From assembly GCA_963806035.1 (NCBI GenBank), contig CAWDWO010000016.1, positions 1 to 64,000 of the forward strand: 64,000 nucleotides of DNA, given 5' to 3'. This DNA is from Candidatus Krumholzibacteriota bacterium. GTDB lineage: Bacteria; Krumholzibacteriota; Krumholzibacteriia; JAJRXK01. The notes below the pieces were generated by a model. That model had not been told where the DNA came from and did not search any database. It was given only the letters and a program-made list of their open reading frames with translations. Made by a program: the position numbers and the translations under genes. Positions 46,953 through 55,252 of this stretch are shown here, one piece after another (within the stretch, counting starts at the first letter, position 1; the number at the start of each line of letters is the position of its first letter).

Positions 46953-48620
46953 TCAGTCTTGCTGGGCCTTGTGGACTGCCTCGCGCAGCAGCTGCGCCCA
47001 GCTGTCATCAGGTGCGAATTCCTCGTAGCGCTGCAGGAGCTGCTCCGCGTCTTTGACTTTTCCCAGCGCCAAACTCACCTGAATCTGATCGTAGAGTGCG
47101 CGTAGATAGTTCGGGGTCGAACTCTCGACACGCGTCAGAAGAGCGTCGGCCTGCTCGAGTAGGCTACGACGTTCGTCGTCTGTTGGTGCATTCAAAGAGC
47201 GTTGGTATTCCACGATCGCCAGTCCGATGAGCGCTTCGGAATTCAGAGGGTCGTGCCTCAGCGCCGTCTGGTAGCTCTCTTCGGCCAGCTCCAGTTTTCC
47301 CCGAGCCAACTTGAGATGAGCGAGTGCGTTGCTGGTGCCGACCGGATCGATGCCCTTGCTCCGTTGCAGGATGAGGGTCTCCTCGGCCGCGACCATCTGC
47401 GACTCGCTGGAGACGTGATTGCTGCCTCGCAGGATCCCGGAGTTCTCCGCGGAGAACTCCTGCGCCAAGCGCAGGGGCGCGGCGATTCCGCTGGGATAGC
47501 GCAGATGAAGGTCCTGGACGGCCTGAGTTTGGCCTCCTGCCCCGAGGAGGGCTCCCAATGGTAGTCGCGAGCGTACGAGGGGAGAGAGCACGACCAGAAG
47601 GGCCGCCGCACAGGCCACCAGAGTCTGGACGGCTTGGCGCCGGGGCCAGCGTGGGAAGGAGACGATTCGCGCGGAGTCTCGCCTTCTGGTTCGCTCGAGG
47701 ATGGCTGCGTAGTACTCCGGAATGTCCTCTTGGCGGAGGTGCTTCCACTGCTGTGGATCCAGAGGGGCATCCAGGATGGAGACGACTCTCGCCAGTTCTC
47801 GGCGGGCATCATCGTCGCGGCTCAGCAACTCCATGCGACGTGCAGTCGTCGTCTCGTCCAGCTCTCCTAAAACGAAATCCAGAATCTCCTCGGAATTACG
47901 CCATCCCTCCCCTGTGGGACCTTCGGGTTCGGGATGGCCGTCATCGACCGAACGAGAACGAGCGCCGGGTCCTCCGAGATTCTGCCGGAGGATCTTGCGA
48001 CCCCGCTCGATCACCTTCTCCACACCGCCCCGGCTCAAGCCGAAGCTCTCGATCGAGGCAATGCGCGCGGCGGACAAGCCATCCATGAGCGCCATGTTAC
48101 AGATGATGATGTCGCGCTCGCAGGTGGGACGACTCGCCCAGTGCTTTTGCAGTAGTGGCGTGATGCGCTCTTGGATTTGCCGGATCTCGACTTCTACATC
48201 GACGGGCATGCCGCCATCCTGCGCTTGAGCGATGACCTGGTCATGCGTCTCCTCATCCAAAGCCGCATACTTGGGGCGCCGTTGCGCTCCGTCCCGTTTC
48301 AGCTTGTCCCGAACCACGTTCGAAGCGGTCTTCCGTAAGTACATGTGAAACTCGCCTTCGCTGCGATCAGGGTAACTGCGGAGGTGCTTTCGGCCGCTCC
48401 CACAGAGCTTGGCCCAACTGTCCTGACAGGCATCTTCCACGTCATCGTGGTTGAAACGGCCAGGCAACTGCACTTGAAAGATCCTCACCACGGCTTGCCG
48501 AACCACTGGATCGAAGCGTCGGATCAATTCCGACCAGGCTCGATCGTCGTCGCTCGTCGCACAGAGTGCGTAAACAACCGAAAACGGAGTGTCCTTTCCG
48601 CAATTCACGCTGGCTCCCAC
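46953..48620 (-). CDS. ECF sigma factor fused to an anti-sigma-like domain, TM helix and TPR domain
   Basis: Region 2 (AWSELIRRF...VEDACQD.W.KL...YL...A.NVVRD); region 4 (GLSAARIA...LS.GGVE..I.RGR..LR); ILDFVLGELD; TM VACAAALLVVL; TPR (AEESYQTALRHDPLNSEALIGLA). Confidence 0.8.
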   Translation of the reverse strand: MGASVNCGKDTPFSVVYALCATSDDDRAWSELIRRFDPVVRQAVVRIFQVQLPGRFNHDDVEDACQDSWAKLCGSGRKHLRSYPDRSEGEFHMYLRKTASNVVRDKLKRDGAQRRPKYAALDEETHDQVIAQAQDGGMPVDVEVEIRQIQERITPLLQKHWASRPTCERDIIICNMALMDGLSAARIASIESFGLSRGGVEKVIERGRKILRQNLGGPGARSRSVDDGHPEPEGPTGEGWRNSEEILDFVLGELDETTTARRMELLSRDDDARRELARVVSILDAPLDPQQWKHLRQEDIPEYYAAILERTRRRDSARIVSFPRWPRRQAVQTLVACAAALLVVLSPLVRSRLPLGALLGAGGQTQAVQDLHLRYPSGIAAPLRLAQEFSAENSGILRGSNHVSSESQMVAAEETLILQRSKGIDPVGTSNALAHLKLARGKLELAEESYQTALRHDPLNSEALIGLAIVEYQRSLNAPTDDERRSLLEQADALLTRVESSTPNYLRALYDQIQVSLALGKVKDAEQLLQRYEEFAPDDSWAQLLREAVHKAQQD

Positions 48621-48747
48621 CAGAAAGACGAATTTCTTCGATTCCGGACGAAACCAGTGTGCTGGCTGGCCCCGGGGGCGTCAAGCCGTGCCCCCGTCAT
48701 TGCCTCTACACTCAAGACGAAAAAGCGTGGATACTTCCTAGTGGGAA

Positions 48748-51700
48748 TTGCGATTTCTCAAACACCGGTGGGAACCGAAATTGAGCAAGCCCGAGAAGCT
48801 GAGCAGTCGGCCTGCGCCCTCATCTGCGGGGCAGCTCCTTTTGGCGTTGATCTGCGCCCTGCTGGCCCTGTCGGCGGCGGTTGCCGCGCAGGGCGAAGAG
48901 GCCCCTCCCTTCGCGCGTTTCACCCCGCTGTTGCCGCCCGAATCGCTGGCCCAGGGTCCCCAAGGCGTGGCCAGTTTGGAGCAGGCGGAGGGGGCGCTGG
49001 ATGAGCTCACCGCCCGCACCGCGACCCAGCCTCACCGGCTTCAAAACTGGACCCACGCGACCATTCTTCAGCTGACCCTCGATCGTCCCTTCGCGGCCCT
49101 GAGAACTCTGGAACGCGCCGGAGAATTTTCCTGGTCTTCGGCGGAGAAGCTGCAGCTGGACTTCCTGGAAGCCGCGGCGCAGCTCGCGGTGGAGCCGCTG
49201 GAGAACGATGCCCTGGTGGGAGAGGATCACCTGGCGCGGGCCCGTGAAATCCTTCAGGAGCTCAAAAGTCATCCCGATACCGAGCTGCCCGCCAGCTTCG
49301 GGCTGGCCTGGATCGCATGCGAGATGGGGCACCCCTCCGCGGCGCAGGAGCTTCTCAACTCGAGGCATGATCTTCCACCACGGGCCGAGCAACGGCTCTG
49401 GGAAGCAATGGTCCGCGCCAGTGGGTCCACCATGGACAGCTGGCTTCCCCATTTCGAACGAGCGCTCGCTCGGCACGACCGTATGCGACTCTCCGCCGCC
49501 GCGCGTCTGGCGCCCGGCCCCTTGCTCCTGTACTTGCAGCAGGCACTGGACGAGCCGATCGAGGAGGGGCTGGCCCTGGGCAGGGGAGGCAAGGCGGTGG
49601 ACTTTTCCGCGGTCGACTCCCTGCTGAAGCAGATCGACGAGCCCTTTCCCGGAGCCTATGCGGGAGTGCGCAACCGCATGAAGAGTATCCGGAAGCTGGA
49701 TGCGCGGGAGGGAAGCCTGGCGCTGCGACTGGTGCAGGAGCTGCATCGCTTCGACAGCACCTTCGGCAATCTGGATCTCCCCTGGGAGAAGCGCTGCCAG
49801 AAGGCGGTCCAGCTCTCCACGGCCAAGGCCGACACCTGCGAGGCCCTGGGCCTCTGGTACCTCGCGGGGCGCTGGCACTGGGGTCGCGGCTACGCGCAGG
49901 CGCAGCTGGGGCATCCTCTGCAACAATTGAGCGAATACGAAGACGCGCTGGCGGCGGCCAAGAAGCTGGATGATGCCGCCTATCTCTCCAAGACCGCCTT
50001 CAACCTCTTCATGGTGTGCGACGAAACCGCGAAGCAGGCGCAGCGATTGGAGCTGCTTCCCCTCCTGGTCGAACTCGCCGATCGGACGGGGGTTTCGGTC
50101 GCGGAGGTCCTCATTGCTGAAGGCCGAGCCTACGAGGACCTCGGTGATCTGAAGCGTGCCTGGCGGCTCACGACCCAAGCCTACCGAGAGAGCCGGCGTC
50201 ATGGCGCGCCGTACACTTCGATCAGCGCACTCTCCAATCTGGCGTGGTTGGCCTTCCGCCGGAGCGAGAATCAGAAGGTGCAGCGCTACGCACATGAGAT
50301 TCTCGCGAGAACGGAACCCGAGAATCTTCCGAAGAACCTTCCATCGTACCGGGAGACCATGTCCGCTATGCGGACCTGGGCCATGTTGGATCTCGGCCGG
50401 GCTCTGCCTTCGCACGATCCCGAGCGGTTGAAGTGGTACGAGAAGGCCGAGAAATCGGCTCGAGGCCAGGAACAGTTTGCTCAGCTTTTGCACATCCGTC
50501 TGGCCCGGGCAGAAGAATTTTTGGCCGAGAAAAATCTTGATGCCGCGCGGAAGTCGCTCCGCTCCGCCCGCACTCTCGCGCGGGACCACGAGTACCAATA
50601 CGGCCTCTGGCGAATCGATGCGCTCCAGGCGCGTTGCGAGAGCCTGCAGGGGGATTACCCGGCGGCCGCGCGCAGCTACGAGGCCGCCCTGTCAGGTCTG
50701 GAGGGAATCAGCGCGCACATCAACGACGCCGAACATCGCGCGAGCTTCCTCTTGCCGGCGTCGCGAGTGTTCGAGGAAACGATCAGCCTCTTGCGAGGTC
50801 CACTGCGTGATCCCGGCGCCGCCTACGCCGTCGATGAACGCGCGCGGGCACGAGCGCTCCTGCAAAAGGTCAGTGGACGCGTCAGTGGTTCGCAGTTGCG
50901 CAGCGCCGCCGAGGTGCAATCCAGCCTGAGCCAGGACCAGATCCTCCTGCAGTACCGTGTGCACGGGGAGGGCATCGACCTGTGGATTCTCTCCTCGACG
51001 GGGCTCCGCTTCGTGGAGATCTCACAGCCTTTGAACGAACTCGAGCAGGGAGTTTCGCAGTGGCGCGAGAGCATCGAGCGGGGATTTCGCAGTCCATTGG
51101 GGGCAGAGCTCGGTTCTCTGCTCCTTGGACCGGCTGCCGGCGAGCTGGCGTCCTGCCAGCAGGTGATCGTGGTCGCGAATACCCCTTTGAGCCGCGCGCC
51201 CTTTGCCCTCTTGCAGCTCGACGGGGAGTACCTCCTGCAGCGCCACGCAGTTTCCTTCGAACTCAGTGGCAGTATTCGCTGCGCATTGTTGAAGAGAAAA
51301 GCGCTTCAAGAAGGTAGGGAGGGGCTACTCGCGGTGGGATACGATGGGGGAAACGCGGCGCGAAGTCTGCGACTGCGGGAACTTCCCTTCGCGGAAACCG
51401 AGGCGAGGATGGTGGAGGCGGCTGCCCCCAGCGGACGAATTCTCTTGGGAGCGGACGCCACGGCGAATCGCGTCGCGGACCTGCTTCCCGGGGTCGGAGT
51501 TCTCCATCTGGCCGCTCACGCCGGTCTCGACGAGTTCGGTGAGCCCTTCATTTTGCTCGCGCCGCAGGGGCAGGGGGACGGCTTGATGCGCGGGGAGCAG
51601 CTTTCAGCCTGGCCGTTGCAGGACGTTTCTCTGGTCACCCTGGCCGGCTGTGAAACCGCGCAGCTCGGCTCTTCTCAAGTGCAGGGCGATCTCTCCTCGC

Positions 51701-51921
51701 TGGGAGCTTCCATCTTTGCGGGGGGAAGCCGGGACCTAATTGCGTCTTTATGGAGTGTGGGGGACGACTCGACCATGAAACTGATGGCATCGTTCTATCG
51801 TGAGCTTTTCGAGTCGCGCCGTCCTCCAGTGCAAGCACTCCGGCACGCTCAACTGGAATTGGCACGTTCCAACGGGACTCTTGAACGTGAGTGGGGTGCG
51901 TTCTGCTTCTTCGGCCCTTGA
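48748..51921 (+). CDS. TPR-CHAT caspase-like protease with signal peptide (start uncertain)
   Basis: h-region LLLALICALLALSAAVAA; TPR-like helices; ERARAR.LL, LPFAETEA, VLHLAAHA (His), LVTLAGCETA (Cys), IASLWSVGD, WGAF..FG. Confidence 0.9.
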   Translation: MRFLKHRWEPKLSKPEKLSSRPAPSSAGQLLLALICALLALSAAVAAQGEEAPPFARFTPLLPPESLAQGPQGVASLEQAEGALDELTARTATQPHRLQNWTHATILQLTLDRPFAALRTLERAGEFSWSSAEKLQLDFLEAAAQLAVEPLENDALVGEDHLARAREILQELKSHPDTELPASFGLAWIACEMGHPSAAQELLNSRHDLPPRAEQRLWEAMVRASGSTMDSWLPHFERALARHDRMRLSAAARLAPGPLLLYLQQALDEPIEEGLALGRGGKAVDFSAVDSLLKQIDEPFPGAYAGVRNRMKSIRKLDAREGSLALRLVQELHRFDSTFGNLDLPWEKRCQKAVQLSTAKADTCEALGLWYLAGRWHWGRGYAQAQLGHPLQQLSEYEDALAAAKKLDDAAYLSKTAFNLFMVCDETAKQAQRLELLPLLVELADRTGVSVAEVLIAEGRAYEDLGDLKRAWRLTTQAYRESRRHGAPYTSISALSNLAWLAFRRSENQKVQRYAHEILARTEPENLPKNLPSYRETMSAMRTWAMLDLGRALPSHDPERLKWYEKAEKSARGQEQFAQLLHIRLARAEEFLAEKNLDAARKSLRSARTLARDHEYQYGLWRIDALQARCESLQGDYPAAARSYEAALSGLEGISAHINDAEHRASFLLPASRVFEETISLLRGPLRDPGAAYAVDERARARALLQKVSGRVSGSQLRSAAEVQSSLSQDQILLQYRVHGEGIDLWILSSTGLRFVEISQPLNELEQGVSQWRESIERGFRSPLGAELGSLLLGPAAGELASCQQVIVVANTPLSRAPFALLQLDGEYLLQRHAVSFELSGSIRCALLKRKALQEGREGLLAVGYDGGNAARSLRLRELPFAETEARMVEAAAPSGRILLGADATANRVADLLPGVGVLHLAAHAGLDEFGEPFILLAPQGQGDGLMRGEQLSAWPLQDVSLVTLAGCETAQLGSSQVQGDLSSLGASIFAGGSRDLIASLWSVGDDSTMKLMASFYRELFESRRPPVQALRHAQLELARSNGTLEREWGAFCFFGP

Positions 51922-51944
51922 TTCCTCGTTTCAGGAGGCGCGCG

Positions 51945-52616
51945 ATGAGTCATTTCAAGCTCAGCGATCCAAAACGCGATAACCCTCTCATTCCCGATGC
52001 CGACAAAGACAAAGATGCCTGTCTCTCGGTGCGAACCGGCAAGATGTCCTTCATTCAGTACGGCTTCAAGCAGGATCCCGGTCTCGGGGTGAAGGGAAAA
52101 TTCGACAGCAATAGGGTTGTCCTTCTCGTTCTCAACAATCACAAAAACGTGCACTACGAAATCGAGAGCGAGAGTGACACGCAGACCCTCAGCTCACAGA
52201 GGATGCAAGATCATGTCTGCATTCTGTGGCCGAAGGATCAGGGAACTCCACCGAAGGAACTCTCTCCGCAGTATCTCTTCAAGCATCACGAGGAGAATGT
52301 CCGGGGAGAAGGCAGGCGCGAGTGGCCGCGCGAGTCGTTCATGTCCGATCAGGGGCCACTCGAGTGGGACGCCGCTCTGGTCTACCTGGATCCTTCGGGA
52401 AACTACGCCTACCACTACCACACCGGTCCGGACAAGTGCACCGACGACTACCGCTTCTCGCTCGAGTCGGGGGAGATCGTGGCCTGGTTGTGGGAGAACA
52501 AGGCGGAGAAGCCCGTACGATTGCTTCCCGCTGGTGAAACGGTGACCCGCGCCATGCAGGCCAAGAGCGGCGGGCCACAGGGCGAGGGAGGAGCTCTACC
52601 CTATCCTCCGGGCTAG
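51945..52616 (+). CDS. Hypothetical protein (CHAT-associated)
   Basis: AGGAGG RBS; 223 aa; no signal peptide; ends in GGPQGEGGALPYPPG. Confidence 0.75.
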   Translation: MSHFKLSDPKRDNPLIPDADKDKDACLSVRTGKMSFIQYGFKQDPGLGVKGKFDSNRVVLLVLNNHKNVHYEIESESDTQTLSSQRMQDHVCILWPKDQGTPPKELSPQYLFKHHEENVRGEGRREWPRESFMSDQGPLEWDAALVYLDPSGNYAYHYHTGPDKCTDDYRFSLESGEIVAWLWENKAEKPVRLLPAGETVTRAMQAKSGGPQGEGGALPYPPG

Positions 52617-52625
52617 GATCCGCAG

Positions 52626-54017
52626 ATGTCAGCGCAAAGGTCTGACAGCAAGGCGGCGCTGCTGGTGCAGGGGGTCTGGCCCGCGACGGCAGCGCCGCTG
52701 CCTATCGGCCGCGCCGAGCTGACGCGCGTTCTCTCCGTTCACAGCGCGAAACTTTCTGCCCGCATCCTGCGCGAACTTCCCTCGGTGGAGATCATCGGCG
52801 CCTGCGCACTGGCCCCTCTGCTCTTGTTGCGCTGCGAACAAGAACAAAGCGCGCGCATCCTGGAAGAACTCGCCAAGTGGCCGCAAGTCGCGCGGGCGGA
52901 GGCGACGCTCCCCGAGGAGGCAATGGAGCGTCTCGAGCCCCACCGCACTCCCATCATCGAAGCAACGGATCCCTGCACTGCCGGCTTCGTGGATCTCGGC
53001 GCACCGCTCATCGCCAGCGCCATGCTCGAGGACCGCGGAAAGCGATTCGGGGGCGCTCTCCGCCCTGCCCGTCAAAGCGAGAATCTGGTTCCGAATCATT
53101 CCGACTCGGTCCTGGCTGCATTCCTGGAAACCCTGGGGCCAGGACGCACCCCCCGATGCATCTTCGAGAGTCTGGATCGCAGTGCGGGTCCCTTCGCCTG
53201 GCTGGCCGCGATCGACCGGCTCTTCTGCCGCGGGGCGAGCGTCGTCAACTTGAGCTACGGCCGTTTGGCCCTCGAACGCGAATCGGGTTGGGGCGGTTTG
53301 GAATGGGGGACCGAGCTCTTGTGCCAGGGGAGCGGTGGCACGGTAGTCGCGGCCGCGGGACGGATCAACGAGGGCCTCAGCTCGGGCGAATCCCTCTATC
53401 TCCCGGCTTCGGCCCCCCACGTGCTGGCCGCGGCGGATGAGCTTAGGGCGAAGGCCACCGCTCCCAGGCAGCAAGCGGCCAAGCTGCTCCTTGCATCCAG
53501 CAGCGATCCCTATGGAGGACGTCGCGGATCTTCCTACTCGGCGCCGCGCATCAGCGCTTTGGCGGTGCAGGCCTACGATGAGCTTCCGCGCGAGGCGCGT
53601 GATTGCGAAACCGTACTCGCCCTGCTCCTCGCCTCGGCCAAGCCCTCGATCCCCGGAGCGCTGAGCCCGGGTTTCCCCGATTCGGGACGCCTCACTCGCA
53701 TCATCGCCGGTGGCGCCTATCGCCGCGGCAGCAAGAACGGGCGGCTCTTGCTGCCCGCGACTCCAGGCTCGCCAACGCGGATCGCGGTGAGTTGGCTGGA
53801 GAGCGAAGTGGAGCCCCTGCTTCGAGCCTCCTCCGCCCTGGAGCAGCAAATCCTCCGGCGCAGCGAGCAGTGGATGGTATTGGACGTTCTGTCGGGGGAT
53901 GTCGAACTCGAGCTGAGGGATTTATCCGGACCATGGGCCCTCGCCTTTTGTCCGCTGAGCCCCGAAGAATTCCAGATTTCCCGGAAGGGAGTGGGGAGGG
54001 GGCGGCGGGCACCCTGA
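52626..54017 (+). CDS. Divergent subtilisin-like S8 serine peptidase
   Basis: FVDLG (Asp), NHSDSV (His), VVNLSYG, VAAAGR, PASAPHVLA, GSSYSAP (Ser); C-terminal TRIAVSW. Confidence 0.7.
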   Translation: MSAQRSDSKAALLVQGVWPATAAPLPIGRAELTRVLSVHSAKLSARILRELPSVEIIGACALAPLLLLRCEQEQSARILEELAKWPQVARAEATLPEEAMERLEPHRTPIIEATDPCTAGFVDLGAPLIASAMLEDRGKRFGGALRPARQSENLVPNHSDSVLAAFLETLGPGRTPRCIFESLDRSAGPFAWLAAIDRLFCRGASVVNLSYGRLALERESGWGGLEWGTELLCQGSGGTVVAAAGRINEGLSSGESLYLPASAPHVLAAADELRAKATAPRQQAAKLLLASSSDPYGGRRGSSYSAPRISALAVQAYDELPREARDCETVLALLLASAKPSIPGALSPGFPDSGRLTRIIAGGAYRRGSKNGRLLLPATPGSPTRIAVSWLESEVEPLLRASSALEQQILRRSEQWMVLDVLSGDVELELRDLSGPWALAFCPLSPEEFQISRKGVGRGRRAP

Positions 54018-54116
54018 GGCTCTGCCAGGGGGAGCCTGGGAAGCGTCCTGCAATCGGGACTTTTCTCACTGGCCAATGCGCATCATATTCACCTGAGCCT
54101 CTAGCAGGGAGTGATC

Positions 54117-55139
54117 ATGGTGCGCAAGCCGGTTGTTCTGGTGACGGGAGCCAACGGGGAGATCGGCCACGGACTGATCGAGAGGATGGCCGTCGACGGA
54201 AAGAAAGACGTTCTGGCGATCGATCTTTTGCCCCTCGACGACAACCTACGCTCCTATTGCCACGACGCGTTCGTGGGCAGCATCCTCGATTCTCATTTGA
54301 GCGAGCGCATCGTCAGTCAGTACGAGGTCGTGGAGATCTACCATCTTGCAGCTCTCCTCTCGACGCGAGCAGAGTTCACGCCCGAGACTGCGCATCAAGT
54401 GAACGTCGAGGGCACCCTCGGGCTTCTCCAGCTCGCCCTGGAACAGTCGAGTTGGCGCGGGGAAGCGGTGAAGTTTCTCTTTCCCAGCTCCATCGCCGTC
54501 TATGGACTTCCGGACTCAAAGACCAAGAAACGTGCGGGACGCGTGAAGGAGCACGAGTGGATCGCGCCGACCACCATGTATGGTTGTAACAAACTCTATT
54601 GCGAGGCCCTGGGCCGCTATTTTTCGCGCTACTACCGCCAGCTCGCTTCCGAGCCCGACCAACGCACCGTGGACTTTCGGAGCATTCGTTTCCCCGGACT
54701 CATTTCCGCAGTCACTCTGCCCAGCGGAGGAACCAGCGATTTTGCACCGGAGATGCTCCACGCCGCCGCGAAGGGCGAACCCTACGCGTGCTTCGTGCGT
54801 GAAGACACGCAAATTCCCTTCATGGCCATGCCGGACGCAGTCGACGCCATCCTGAGCCTGACGGAGGCTCCGCGGGAGAGTCTGCGGCATTCGGTGTACA
54901 ACATCGGCTCCTTCGCGCTCACGGCCGGCGAACTGGCCGCGACGGTGCGCAAGCACTACGCGGGCGCGGACATCAGCTTCGCCCCCGACTTGAAGCGACA
55001 GGGGATCGTGGATACCTGGCCCATGGACGTCAACGACGACGCGGCGCGCGAGGACTGGGGTTTCTCGCCCCGCTACGATCTCGATCGAGCGTTCACCGAA
55101 TATCTCGTTCCCGCGATGCGCGAGCGCTACGCGGGCTGA
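54117..55139 (+). CDS. NAD-dependent epimerase family protein, L-threonine 3-dehydrogenase-like
   Basis: VLVTGANGEIG, IYHLAALLS, PSSIAVYG, PTTMYGCNK, DFRSIRFPGLIS, GGTSDF. Confidence 0.85.
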   Translation: MVRKPVVLVTGANGEIGHGLIERMAVDGKKDVLAIDLLPLDDNLRSYCHDAFVGSILDSHLSERIVSQYEVVEIYHLAALLSTRAEFTPETAHQVNVEGTLGLLQLALEQSSWRGEAVKFLFPSSIAVYGLPDSKTKKRAGRVKEHEWIAPTTMYGCNKLYCEALGRYFSRYYRQLASEPDQRTVDFRSIRFPGLISAVTLPSGGTSDFAPEMLHAAAKGEPYACFVREDTQIPFMAMPDAVDAILSLTEAPRESLRHSVYNIGSFALTAGELAATVRKHYAGADISFAPDLKRQGIVDTWPMDVNDDAAREDWGFSPRYDLDRAFTEYLVPAMRERYAG

Positions 55140-55252
55140 GATCCCAGCACGAGAACTCGAAACTGTCGCCCGGCCTTTCCGCTGCCTACTTTGGAGCGCG
55201 CGCGAGTGCGCCCCTTGAGCATCGTATTGGAAGATTCGCCAGGAGGAATGTG

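Noticed and set aside
48820..50598. 592-aa antisense ORF inside the CHAT gene
   Set aside because: Shadow frame of a GC-rich coding gene with no motifs.
46953..54017. Type III-E CRISPR (Craspase) or gasdermin locus
   Set aside because: No Cas7-11, repeat-spacer array or recognisable gasdermin is present in the window; the similarity is an analogy only.
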